A DNA stretch of 64,000 nucleotides, from contig OZ316895.1 of the NCBI GenBank assembly GCA_973895155.1, positions 18,485,880-18,549,879 of the forward strand. The letters run 5' to 3'. The notes beneath the pieces were generated by a model. The model was not told where the DNA came from, made no database searches, and worked only from the letters and a program-made list of their open reading frames with translations. The stretch comes from Marsupella aquatica (taxonomy: Eukaryota; Plantae; Marchantiophyta). Position 1 is the first letter of the stretch. The number at the start of each line of letters is the position of its first letter. Of this stretch, positions 10,439 through 23,183 are shown one piece after another. The position numbers and the translations under genes were made by a program.

Positions 10439-13400
10439 ATGATTTTCACCTTTGCGTCTTGGAATGTCTGCGGGTTATGTAATCCGGACCGGAAAAATAT
10501 GGTTCTTAAATGGGTCTCTTCTTTACGACCTCCTCTGGATGCTCTTGCTTTACAAGAAGTTAAGGCCGATAGTTTTCGGCTAGATATTTCTCTTCGGACT
10601 ATCCTACCAAATTATCAGCTTTTTTACTCGCTTCCTGTGGAAGGTAAAGGGGGTACTGCCATTCTAATTCACCCTTCCTTTAAGGTGCGTGCTATTGGCT
10701 GTCTTGATGGAGGACGCGCTGTATGGACTCAATTGGAGCATCCTGATGGCAATTTTGGATTTATCAGTGTGTATGCGCCGAATCATGTGGGGGAAAGAAC
10801 GTTGATGTGGACTGATTTGAAGAATGTTTTACCACAGGATCAATGGATCCTCTGTGGTGACTTTAACATGACCGAAGTGAGGAGTGACTCCACTGGGCCT
10901 TCCCCTCTAGTATGGGGTAGAGAATTGGAGTTCTGGCACTTTTTCAAGGTACAGTTTGATCTACAGGATGCACTTTACATTCTCGGAGCGGTGAATGGAT
11001 CCAAGTACACTTGGCGTCGGGTACGAAATGGTGTCCTGGTGCAGTCTAGGTTGGATCGTTTTTATTTAAGTGGCAAAGGAAGATGGATGGAACAACTGAT
11101 TTCACTCAAACATGACGGAACGACCGCGCTATCTGATCATGATCCTGTGACTATTTCATTTCGCATTGCCCCGCTGCAATCGACGGATTCTGGACAGTGC
11201 AGAGGTACTTACTTTAAAGCTAATCCTGCGGTGATTAGGAATACAAGGAATTTGGAACTTTTGGAGACTGCTTGGAAGGGTCAGGACAGCCCTTCTTCGG
11301 ATCCACACATACGTTTCTCGCTAGCCCTATAGAGGCTGCGGCACTGCTACATGGCTTTGCAGACTGCCCCTTTACCTCAGGATGAGGAGATGGCACTTCT
11401 CAAGGAGAAACTACGATTACTAAAGGTGACAATCATGGAAGATTCCTCTGCTGACTGTGTCACGGATTTTGTAGATACAGAGGAAACTGTTAGGACAAGG
11501 GAATTGGACGAAGCTCATCACTGTCGAAGAATATCACGGATTAAATGGCTGGGTCAAGGTGATGAGCCCTCTCAATTCTATTTCGCGACTGTGAAAGCTA
11601 AGAGGCAGAGAGAAAAAATGGAATGCTTAATTGTGGAAGGAGGAAGAGAAATTTGTGATGAGCATCTCATTGTAAAAGAGGTACATAGGTTTTGTGCGGA
11701 TTTATTCTCGCCACCCGACATTGGGGAGGCGGCCCGCAGGGAGAGGGGGGCTGCACGCCGGGAGCTAACAAGTGCCACTCACTTTGCTCCATTAGCCGCT
11801 GAGATTCGTAGTCTAGAAAAACTGCCTTCTATTCAGGAATTACAGGAGACTCTACTTTTACTACCCAGCGACAAGGCCCCTGGAGTCGATGGTATGACTG
11901 CGGAAGTTTTTAGAGCTTGCTGGGAATTTATGAAAGAGGATCTACATGATATGATCTGTGATTTCTGGAGAACAGGCAAGCTTGCCTACTGTATTAAGGA
12001 TGGGGTCATTCGGTTTATCCCTAAGAAGACCGACAAGCGCCATCTGGGGGATTGGAGGGCACTCACTATGTTGACGATTACGTATAAATTGATTGCTAAA
12101 CTGCTGGCTTGCCGTCTCAAAATCTTACTGCCACGACTGATTAGTCAACAACAGACTAGCTTTATCCCTGGTCGTCATATTTTAGAGAACATCTCTCTCA
12201 CCTGGCTAGTGAATGATTGGATACAGTGCACAGAAACTCCAGCTCTATTCTTGTTGCTGGATTTCGATAAGGCTTTTGACAGAGTAGACCACTCGTACAT
12301 TTGGGAAACTATGCACATGTTAGGCTTAGGATCTCACTTCATTTTTCTTGTGAAATCTTTGATCAGTGAGGCTTGCTCCAAGGCCCTGGTGAATGGACTC
12401 TGGACGGAGGATATCAGGATGTGCCGGGGAGTGCGACAAGGCTGTCCACTTTCCCCGCTTTTATTTGCTCTTTCTACTCAGCCAATGATGGACTTTTTTA
12501 GTTTGGAAATCAGGAATGGCAAAATGCAGGGTTTACAGATTTCTCCTTCATTGAATATTTGTTATAGGTTGTTTGCGGATGACTTGGGTCTTTTCATTCC
12601 TGCCACATTGGTAGCTTTTGAACAGGCTCGCAGATCCATCAACTGCTATGAATGTGCCACTGGTGCTCGGCTTAATCTGCGAAAATTGGTGATAGTACAC
12701 TTAGCTTTGGATGAGGTCCCAGATTGGCTGAGGGACACGGGTTGCCAGAGCAGTGCGGAGGGAGAGATACAGAAGTATTTAGGGGCACCTTTTGGAGCTG
12801 GTCTATCTGAAGCCAGCCTGCACAACTTCTGTCTGGACCGAATTGGGGCCAGACTCTCATCTTGGTCTACTCGTCTGCTTTCCTTTACTGGACGAGTATT
12901 GTTGGTTAAACATGTGCTGCAGGCTATTCTAGTATACCATATGATGTTTCTTCGATCACCCACTTCGCTAGCTAAGAAACTGATAGCATTGAGTAGGGTT
13001 TTTCTTTGGGGTATGAACAAGCAGGGTGGCAAGAGGATCCCTCTTGTGGCTTGGGAGAAATTATCCAGACCTAAGGTGGAGGGCGGTTTGGGGCTGAAAG
13101 AGTTCAGAAGCCATTCTGATGCTCTTTTGAGTAAGTGGTTTACTGGAGCTATGGATCATCCGGAGTCGGAATGGGCTCTGATGTTTGCAGAGAATTTGGG
13201 GCTGACCAAGTGGAGAAATTACAGAACTGTCCGCAGGAACAACTATTCCATGAAGGACAAGCTGCTATTGTGCTCTCCTCGGTCCTTTGGCAAGCTTTTC
13301 TACACGGGACAGATCTGGGGTGCTTGGGATCTTGTTCGCAGGCACCTGATTTTCTGCCCTGGTACTGCTGTTATTCCTGGCCATTGGGGTATTGAAGATT

Positions 13401-14356
13401 TGTTGCGTTGCTTACATGGTTTTTATGGTCTACCAGAGGGTGACAGAGAGAAGATTGTGAAAGTGTGCGGAAAATTGGGGATTCGCAGTGTTGGAGATTT
13501 CTGGTGCACTGAAGAGGGAGAATGGATGGACTTGACAGTGAGGATGCAGCGCATTCGTGGACTTACGGCTAATGTCAGGGCGCTTTGCCTGGATTTCTTC
13601 TGTGCGATTCACTCCTCTACCTCCTGTTGCAGCCAACGGGAGGCACCTGCACGGCTGTGGCGTTGGCTGGACATTGATGCCCCTATTAAATCTTTTGGGC
13701 TTGCCAATCACCGGGTCTATGAGATGCTGCGGACTAAGGGATCGGATTCTCTCAGACTGAATAGGATTTGGAGTGAAACTCTTTCTGAGAGAGAATGGAA
13801 TGAGGTTTGGCAGGTTCTGTGGATATCTGATCTTTCCACTCGGGCCAAAACTTTTATTTGGCGGGTTTTGGCGTAAGGGCTTTTCTCTGGATCCCGAGCT
13901 CTCAAAATTGATAAGTCTGATGGGTCCTGCACCCTTTGCTCGGGAATAGTTGAAACTATCCCTCATCTTTTCTTTCAGTGCAGGTTTGCACGTTGCTGTT
14001 GGAGAATTACTTGGGGATGGATGAACGGGCAGATCATTGGCCCCGATTTGAGCCCACTCGAGTTAATACGGTCTTGCAAGGGGAAAAATCCCCTGAGTAC
14101 ATTACGTTTTGTTATGATTTATGAGGTTTTATGGAGCATCTAGCTAGCTAGGAATGGTCAGACTTTTGACTTGGCAAAGAAACGAATTTTTGATCAGGTC
14201 TCGATCTTCTCTACTGCACTTGACTTTCTGGCTGCTGGTGCGGCGGCTTCTAATTCCAGTAGAAAACACTTGCGGCTTGTCTGTGCAACTGCCCTGTTGG
14301 AAGGAGAACGGAGTAGGATATTGAGAAATGGCATTAGAGGCATAGTATCTCTCTGA
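10439..14356 (+). pseudogene. LINE-A ORF2 (APE endonuclease, reverse transcriptase, zf-RVT)
   Basis: SWNVCGL, GDFN and SDHDP endonuclease motifs; DFDKAFDRV, GVRQGCPLSP and LFADD RT motifs; C-terminal CxxC...HLFFQC. In-frame stops at 11330, 13874 and ~14141. Confidence 0.95.
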
Positions 14357-17300
14357 GAAGGAACCGGTTGCTGATTATATAGTAGGAACTAGTTGAGTCC
14401 CTACCTGTTGGACATCTTTTGGCTCCTTGAAAAATTGGGCCATTTTGTTTCCCCGTTACATCATACAGTGCCAAAGTTAGATTTAGGATACCAGAAGGTG
14501 CTTGATTGTGATCGAGGTCTTTAGACCTTGGTACTAAGTTTTGACTTGGTTGCCACGCCAAATGTTCTCTGTTTTGCCCTCTTGGGGCCTTTTTTTGTTT
14601 TTTGCCTTTGGGCCTGCTTGGTTCCCCCATCTATGGGGTTCACGCGGAATAAAGGAAATTAAAATTAAAAAAAAAATCATCAATGGGGAAAACTTCAAGA
14701 AGTTTGGGCAGGTGATGCAGAAGACTCGAAAAGGATCGTGGTATTCCAAGAAAATGCCTCAAGAAGCACTTCTGTATATCTTATGCGAGAATAAGATTAA
14801 ATCCTATTCTCGACAATTCAAGATGGACATGGAGTCGGCTACCGCTCAGGGAAATCCTTGGTCTCTGGAAGAGACATCCAAACAACATGCGGTCATGATG
14901 AAAGAAGCAACGAAGGATTGGGCGATCAAGGTCTCAAAGATCACTCCCTTGTTGAGTCCTGAGTTTGAAGACTTCATGACAACCTGTGCTGAGATGTATC
15001 CGATGACAGAGGTGAACAAACGCGAGAAGAAACCGGATGCGGTTGTCTGTACCATGGATCGTGCCAGGTTATTTACAGCAGTCTCCGCCCTCGACCCCAA
15101 ATTGAGGAGCACTTTGTTAGTAGCGCATTGCACGCCAGGGCTTAGGAAGCAGTTCTTTCATCCACAAAGCGTTAGCGATGACCCTGTGAAGCAGTGGTGC
15201 CACACTTGGCAAACTTGGAATAGCATGGAGGGAATTGCCATTGGTATGCTGCAGACTGCCCTCCAGCAAATCAGTGAAATAATTCCTTCCAATCGATTGG
15301 AGGAATGGAAGTGTGAGTCTTATGATTCACTCGTTGAAATAGTGTGCAATGATTTCAAAAAATTTGGGGATGCAATGAAAGGTAAGTTTTTCAATACGAT
15401 GTGGATGTCCAAGTACCCGGACAAGGAAGACTACACACTCAAGAATCAAAAGCGCGCGAAACGATATGTCTATCGTTTCGTCATGCACATGGAGATTGTG
15501 AAGCTTGACTATTTTTGGGCTTACCCAGTTGCTTTCCAGAATTGGGTCATCTGCACAGATGGAGACATTTTAGCCAAACTGTATTCGATGTATCCCGCTG
15601 AGGGTATACTTCCACCGAGGAAATTGTCCGAGTGGGAGAGAATTCTCTGCCCTTGGTACCTTGACACCGACAGATGGGATTCTCCTTTTGACGACACTGA
15701 GAAGGATGCTTTCCATAAACTGTCTAAATCCCAAGTTCCGAGACAATTTGTCTCCGACATGAAGCAAGGAATTGAGGGGGACGTCAACTCGTCGATGACT
15801 GAGTTGCAAAAAAAATGCGAAACCACAGTGGTTCATGTTGATCAAAGCCGTAAACCAAGAGCCAAAGCCAAGGCGGATGCCCCTGTGGCAAGTGCTAGTG
15901 CCAAGTCTGGGAAAAAACGTAAGCTACACCTCCTTCTTCCGACTTCCTTCTTTGTTAGCGCCTGGCGCTATCATGTGTCGTAAGTTTAATGTGTCTTATT
16001 TCCCAAAATTAATGTGGGTGTTTTGTCAGCGCCTGGCGCTAATACTCTTTCTGTGATTGACACCGTTTTTTGGTAGGTGGTCGAAAATCTGATGCCGCCA
16101 CGGATGACACAAAAGTCGATGCAACACCAGAAGTCTCTGAGACCAACACTGGTGCCAATCCAGACCCCATCACCCCCGTTGAGAAGGGGAAGGTTATAGT
16201 TCCTGTGGATGCTACAAGCACAAAGAAGAAGAAGAAGAAAAGGACCATCGATGTCTGGGAATCGTCGCGAGATAATGCTTCTGGGGCCGGTATCCAACGG
16301 GATGTGGGGACTTTCAAGACTAAACTCGGAAGACACTGTATGGTCGAATCAAGCTTGGCAGAATTCATTGATAGTGCATTTAGTAAGGAAGAGAAGCCAG
16401 ATTGGGTCTTAGACGCTGAGAAGTGGGGTAAGGATTTGATCAAGTCGGGGTGTAGAGATAAAGGAATCATTTGAGGTGGGAAGGAACGATCATTTGGGGT
16501 GAATGCGGGTTTCATCTATCTCCCAACTGGTTTGAAACCCACAATTGTTGACCGTCGGGTCCCGAAATGGAATGTCACAGACCACACAGCAGCCAAATCA
16601 TTCTTTCGGGCGATGGACCCTTTCCTTTCCGATGATGGCATGCTCGCTATCTTATACTCGGATGACCACGACCAGATTTTCCACGTCATTTTTGCATGTT
16701 AGCAATCCAAGAAGTTCATGTGCATCAATACGCACAATGTTTTCATGTCTGTCCCAATGTACAGATCCAAGACAGATGTCCAGGTAAATGTTCTCTATAC
16801 TAGCGCCCGACGCTACTCTTTCTTTCTTAGTAGGTCTTCTCTCATGAATAACAGATTTTTAAAATCCAATTGGTTTGTCAACTTTTGCAGGTCTTCACTC
16901 TTAGACTGGATATATTTTGTCGGGTTTCTTTTAAAGGAAAGGTCCCAAAGGATCCAAGATTCAAGCCGTTCTCTAGCGCTGAAGATCCTTCAATCTCAAA
17001 CCTTATTGGGCTACAATCTTTGAAGGAAGATCATTGTCCTGAACTCCATTTTACTGGGAATTCTCGACTACCGGTTGGTTTTATGCAAACTGTCCTTGAA
17101 CTCTTTACGATACCTAAGGATATTGTAATTGATTGGACCGTCGGCTCAGGTAGTACGTTCATTGCTAGGGATTACTCAGGCCGTTTTGTCATCGGGTTAG
17201 AAAATCGTCGGGAGTTTGTTGAGACCGCTTCGAGGATTTTTTTGGATCTCATTTCTCCCAAACCTTTGGAGACACAACCTCCCCCTCCTCAAATAACCGG

Positions 17301-17581
17301 ACAAAAAAAGAAAGATAGACTTAGATCTGTCCTCAATTTTGATTCGGACGAAGATGATGGGACGCCAGAAGATGATGTTCCTGAGGATGTCAATGACGGC
17401 GGGAAAGAGGAAACCTGACATGATGGGTCAACGGAGGACAGTGAAGAGTCTTCCGAGTAATTTTTGTCTCTCGTAAGCTCCTTTATCCTTTCAATTGTTG
17501 GCTAACCATCAATTCCACCGGTTCTATCTGTTAAGTACTTACTTCCTCTTTCTCTTCCAATTCTCTTTTGAGCAGATCAGA

Positions 17582-18390
17582 ATGGAACCAAAGAAAACGG
17601 TTTCAACTCCGGAGGAAAGTGGCTCAAAATGTAATCATCACTCCCGAGAAGCCGTTTGTGTTGCCATCATACGCTGAGAACGTCGCGAGGAAGGTAGAGA
17701 AATTTAGAACGCTCTGCTGGGAAACAAAAGAACTTAGGCTTCTTAGGGGAGTAGACAGGAAGTTCATGAGGAACCCCTACGTAGATGATGTTTCTAGAAG
17801 CAAGTATATTGATGATGAGGCAAAGTCGACCGACAGATCTCATAGCTCCGAGAATGAGAGCTTAGAATATGACACTGAAGGGTAGCAATTTTCTCCTCTA
17901 TCAGGTCAAACTTCCTCCCAACTGTACGAGTATGCCCTTGGTTTTTGTTAGCGCCGGGCGCTATTGAATTTATTAAATATGAATTGAGTTTGATGGAGGT
18001 TGCCCCTTCCATTCAATGGTTAATGTGGTCTTTAGTAACGTCCTTTGTGTGGGTTCCTCTCCTTGTTTAACTAGCACCCGACGCTCCCCAAAAAACACGT
18101 TTGAAGTTTCCGTTTGATATTTGTCATTTCCGCCATAGTGTCATTTGGCTTTCAGTCGGCGACTGGTACCGTCAAGAGGACCAATAACAGGAAATCCAAG
18201 CCCCTTGTAAACATACTATTGTTTCTTTCAAAGTCCATTGCTCTCGTTCTTCTCCTTCTCGATTCCATGGAAGGCCAGTGTATCGACGGCCCACGAGAGC
18301 ATATGTCAACTTCCGATTAGATGGTTTCCGCCATGATCCAGATCGTCAGGACGTTGGGATTGATGATGACTGTCACTCTTCGAGCTAGGG
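17582..18390 (+). pseudogene. Possible second decayed spliced ORF downstream of the methyltransferase-like gene
   Basis: ATG at 17582, frameshifted into ORF 17568-17885, then an intron-like T-rich stretch with two palindromes and a possible exon after the CAG at ~18155. No recognisable domain. Confidence 0.3.
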
Positions 18391-19379
18391 CATTGTACAA
18401 GGAAGCACCCACCGGGAGTATTAGCGCCTGGCGCTGGTTACAATTGCACTGGAAACTTTAGTGTTCCTATGTAGCAATATTTGTACATCAAGGACAATAT
18501 GTTTCACTTAAATAAAAAATCTCGGGTTTCTTTTCTTTCAATTTCCCGTTAGAAGTTATGACTCAGATACCTTGGTTAAGTCCTACTTCTGTGCTTTGAT
18601 ATTGAACTTAGACTATTAGTAATCTTTGGTTTCTACTTGGATCTCAGCCTGAACATCAATCCTACGTTCTCGTGATTTTCTCCACAAAGCATTAGAAGCG
18701 GCCGGCTCTAGTATTCGGCATGTTTGGGCGATTAATGTTTCATTATTTTGGGTTCGAACGCCCGGCGCTAGTATTCGTTATGATGCGTTTGTGATTGTTT
18801 TGCCTGTAGACTCCCGGCGCTAGTATTCGGCATCGCATAATTATCAGTATTTTAGGAACGGGTTTTTTTAATTTTGCCACAATACCAGGAGAAATGTGCT
18901 CCCAAAACAGGAAATTTGCTGTTACCAGTTCTTGTTATAGTTTTCTGTTTGTTGTTTACTGCCTTTTGTAAACACCTCGCCCTTAGCCCTAGGGAGACAC
19001 CACTCCCCTCATATATGCTTTTGGAGACCTGTCACCCCTGGACCAGCTTTGGTCCCGAAACATCTGGCCTCCAACCCGGATCCTATCGCGCATAACGGGC
19101 GTGCCACCAACTGGCAACGCCCATAACTCTCTCGTTAGGCATCCGCAAGCAGAGTGCCTTAGCCCATTGTGATTGGGCCGACCCAATGCTCATGCCTAGG
19201 CCCTCAGGTCTCATCGCTGCTCGGGGCCCCCGATCGGCCCAACCCGGATTGGGCCATAACTTGCGCCCCAAGCGTCCGTTGCCCATGACGTCAACTCCAT
19301 GGACCTTGGGCCCAAGAGGAGCTCACACTCAAGCCCTCAGAACTCAAAGTCCATCTGGAGGTCTGGACGGTCGTCCTTA

Positions 19380-20459
19380 AGCCCTGCCCATTTCCCCTTG
19401 ACCCGACCAGCTCCCAACCAGTCCAAGTCCTTAGTGTGTGTCACCAGCTTGGCTCCTTGCCTTTGCTAGCGCCATGTCTCGTCGCTCACAAGTCTCCCCA
19501 TGCTAAGTCCTCCCCGGATGGCCTATCTGGGCCTGGACCATAAGGGAGCTTGGCATCAGAGTCAGCGATGCCGGAGCTAAGTGATAAGGTAGTCGAGTTC
19601 CGCGACTCTCCCTGACCCGGGAGGCTTCTGTTTTTTGTCATTCCCCTCCCATGCAGCTAGTGCCTTCCCCTTGCCACTTACTTTCGGCAAAGGTGAGGGC
19701 ACCTCGGCTTGTTGTTTGGTCAGTACCACGCGTTGCAACCCTATTGTCGCCACCGAGGTCCACTTGTTGCGTCCAGCCAATTTAGCTCATCAGTCTGTTT
19801 CTTCAGCCGCTCAGTTTGGTTGTTTGCCCGCCTTTGCAGATTTTCCATTTTCTGGGCAGCGTCCTCCAACTCCTCTAGGTCTTGTCTAAATCCCCGCAAG
19901 TTTGCTCCAACTCCGCCATGTTCTCGTCCAACTCGTTTTGTAAGGCCTCCCTCTCCTCGTGGGTTGCTTTCAGCTCCGCGTTGAGCTCATGGACAACATC
20001 AAACTCAATCTTATTCATCTTCTTGTAGGTTTGATCAAGCATGTCACCCTTCTTACGTAGCTCGGCTTGAAAGTTGGCCGACAGGGTTTCAATGTCTTCC
20101 TTTAACTTGTCAATGCTCCTGTAGGCCTCATCAAGGTCGTCTTTTTTTTTATGGAGGGCCCTACGGCATTCTTCAATCTCATCCTTCAATGCCCACTCCT
20201 TCCTTTGGGCCTTGGCCATGGCTTTGTTGCAGACCGCTATGTGAGAAGCCTCTGTCTTCTTCAGCTCTTGCTTCCACTTCTCCTTCTCCTTGAGGGCCTC
20301 GGCCAAATTGTCCTGGGTCTGGGCTAGTTGCCCTTGCATGATGCTTATCTCATGCTTCCTAACCCGCAGCTCGTCCTGGGCCTGCTTGGCCGCTTTTAAA
20401 TCTCCAGCCTTGGCTTCCTTCTCTCTAAGCCGCCGGATGACTTCCTCCTTCTTCATCCT
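19380..20459 (-). mobile_element. Older, diverged family X LTR fragment (coiled-coil/C-terminal part); left end uncertain
   Basis: KKEEVIRRLREKEA...QRKEWALKDE...VSGKGK matches the family X protein; cut at 20459 by another X-like copy. Confidence 0.78.
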
Positions 20460-23183
20460 TGTGATGCCTAGCCAGGAATCCCTAGGCCAGTAAAGTGGTA
20501 AAACCGGGAGTGTACCCTGAAAACACATTAGTATAGTAACAAAACAAGGAAAATATAAACAATAAAGGGTGACTATGGAACCCAAGCCGAGGCCGGAAGT
20601 AAGGGTGCCACGACAAGGAGGGCGATTACGGTTAGGGTGCACTAATTACCAGCGGCTATGGGTAACCAACGGAAAGATCGACCAGGCAAGGGGGTAAGGA
20701 CCGTTCACAAGGAATGGCGGCTCATTTGCGAGCACTGACCAAGCAGAGGATTGCAAGAAGCCAACAACTGCCAGCTGCGGAGGAGAACACGGGAGGGGCA
20801 TAAGCAGCTACCAAGCAAGCCAGAGAATGGAATGAGCAACATCAATCAAGCAGCACATTTTTTGGGATGCCTGTTCGAACGGGCAAGTGAGTACGTTGGG
20901 ACTTACAAAGAGGAAGAATCAGAAAGAGCAGCCCGCGAGCGACAGGAACTTGCTTGACTGTGGGAACTGCAGAAGACAGCCTTCTTAGGAGGAGAATTCA
21001 TCAAGGCTGAATTCTTGTGGACACCTACTGGCGACGAGCTTGATGACCTTTTGTTCTGTGAGAACAAAATCATCGGCATCTAGGAAGCCATCAACCGCTG
21101 CAACGATAAACATTGGGACCTGAAAGGCAGCACGGAGGCATGGACAAAGGCAACCATGCTTGGAGAAACGTCCACAGCAGCCGCAATGAAGAGGAAGGGG
21201 CCCAACAACGAAGAGGCCACCCCCGCAAAGAGAACGAGGTCGGAGAATGGCTTCTTCCGGAACACCTGCACCAACCCGCACATTGGAGAGATGATTGATT
21301 TCTTGTGGGTAACCATGCACTGCAACCTGCCAAGGCTAGAGATCGGCAAGGCACAGGTCTACCTGGCCGAGAGGCCAGACCCAAGCCGGGACTACAACGG
21401 GTACCTCCTCACCCAACTGAAGAAGATCTTGAAGGAGGAACAACAAGTGATCGGCTAGGGAAGCGTGTTCCAGCTTGGCTATCACATGTCGTTGTTGTGC
21501 CGGTATGCCCGGAGTCAGATCTTTGCCCCAGTACTTCCCTTGCAGGCAAGGGCACCAAAGGAGGTGCTGAATAGAGGCCGTGTCACGCGATTGACATGGG
21601 TCTTAACACCAAAAACGTCACTATGGGTGCCAAAACCATCTCCTTGTACCTGAGGATCACGAAGGGATGTTGTGAAGGCCGGTAAACACCAATTTATGCC
21701 CTTAACACCAGACTATCATAGCAAGACTCTATCACACATCACCCAAGCTCAATCCCAAGGAACCAAGGTTGGGGATCAGATCTGCGCTCATGATAGTTCT
21801 GGTGAGAAGGGGTCTTCATATCGGGCCTGTACACACAGGGCCTAGCGCTACGGTGCGCATAGGTCTATACGTATGCTTACTGTCATAGGTATGTTTCTAT
21901 TCCGCCGCCGGAATGTACCCATAAACCAGTGACTCCTGACTGATTCCCGGCTTAGGGACTTCTAAGCCATTGCCCCACCACTCTGCCATTCCACTCTCAG
22001 CAATTAGAGCTATGACAGTCCTCACCCAGCCCGCTTCAATGCACCCTGTACACCTCTTAGTGGCGCTGCTAGTCCCATCATACACTCAGATTGCCTCACA
22101 CACACACACATCCATGAGAGAAATGAGGCCTAAGAGGAAAACTCAATTAGATTCAAAGATGTGCACAATAGTTCACTGAGAACACTTGATCCGAACACTA
22201 GGGCCGAATGTTTTCTCCTCCAGATTGTGACGTGCTTGCCCCGCAAGCCCCATGCTTGCCATGCAAGCTCAATCCTGAACCTGAGCCCGGCTCACTCCAG
22301 ATTGTGACGACAGATTGGACTCAAACCAATCCCGTACTTGCCTTGCAAACTCAATCCTGAACTCAACCTCCTTCACTGCACTTCATTCTTGGGGGCACAT
22401 ACAGATCTCACACCTCCAATTCAGAACGTCAAGTTACGCATGCATAGTTGACTCGACTTCAAAGCTGGTACCAGGCCTAACGACGATCTATCCCAGACTG
22501 CAATGAGGCCCGGCCTCACGCTTGCCCTGCAAGCTCAGCTCTGGCCATAAATCCCTTAGTGCTCTCTACCAGACAAAGGCCGGGACTCCCCATGGATCAC
22601 GTAGCCTTGCCAGACTGAACTGTAAATGCTCCTCCTGCTGCCCCTCAATCAGTGTCTCAGCCTCCCTAATGTGCTCACCACAAATCAAATTGACATCCTC
22701 CCCACAGTTTACAATCACCAATACATCACCTATCACCAAGGCTCTGTATCGGGGGAAAAGAACCCAGTTGTGTTGCCCACTAGAAAGAGCCACAATCCAG
22801 CTCGCAAACCTAGCAACCCATTGCTGTGAAGCTTGGCTGATTACTCCCTGAGTAATAGCACAACCAAGCTCTCCCCAACACACAGCGTCCAAGTCCAGCC
22901 TTGCTTGCACAGAGCTCCTCCCTGCTGCTCAGTCTAAGTGAGATCACACAACTGAAGTCCCCCCCTGCCTCTCCTTGGAATGGATTTTTTATAAATTTTA
23001 ATACCGTGAAACCCCACGGATAGGGGGGGACAACAAAGGCCAATGCAGCCAGAACCTAACAACACAGCAGGGGCAACAGTCCGGGGCCAACACACCCCAG
23101 CAGCCCCACACCCCCAACAGGGCCCCTGGGAGCCCAAGAAAACTAATGAGCAACTAACAATGACACTACCACGCCAAAAGACA

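Larger units (their letters stand above)
7212..14674 (+). mobile_element. LINE-A, full-length decayed L1-type non-LTR retrotransposon
   Basis: ORF1 plus ORF2, poly(A) ending at ~14676, 16-bp TSD AATCATCGATGGAGAA (7196-7211) / AATCATCAATGGGGAA (14675-14690), 14/16 match. Confidence 0.93.
6929..17460 (+). pseudogene. Spliced gene with C-terminal beta-class N4/N6 DNA methyltransferase-like domain; interrupted by LINE-A and cut at the 5' end by an LTR
   Basis: Exons <6929-7013, 7106-7211 joined to 14691-15918, 16077-16783 and 16891-~17460. GT-AG introns keep phase, and the frame is continuous across the LINE site (YYKSIIDGE|NFKKFGQ). C-terminus RLPVGFMQTVLELFTIPKDIVIDWTVGSGSTFIARDYSGRFVIGLE resembles motifs X-I-II. 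Several single in-frame stops. Confidence 0.72.
7068..18822. repeat. Dispersed 15-bp palindrome TAGCGCCNGGCGCTA (~10 copies)
   Basis: Copies at 7068, 15956, 16027, 16801, 17949, 18072, 18422, ~18696, ~18756 and ~18808; none noticed inside the intervening LINE. Confidence 0.85.

Noticed and set aside
14541-14690. N-terminal hydrophobic 'signal peptide' of the 480-aa ORF
   Set aside because: Read-through of the LINE-A 3' UTR and poly(A); the true upstream exon is at 7106-7211.
18920-19380. Separate LTR starting TGTTACC at 18920
   Set aside because: No matching end, TSD or second copy is visible; it may be the tail of the old X fragment.
19875-20642. 255-aa ORF as a real chimeric gene
   Set aside because: It crosses the 20460 insertion junction, joining an antisense LTR start to an older coiled-coil fragment.
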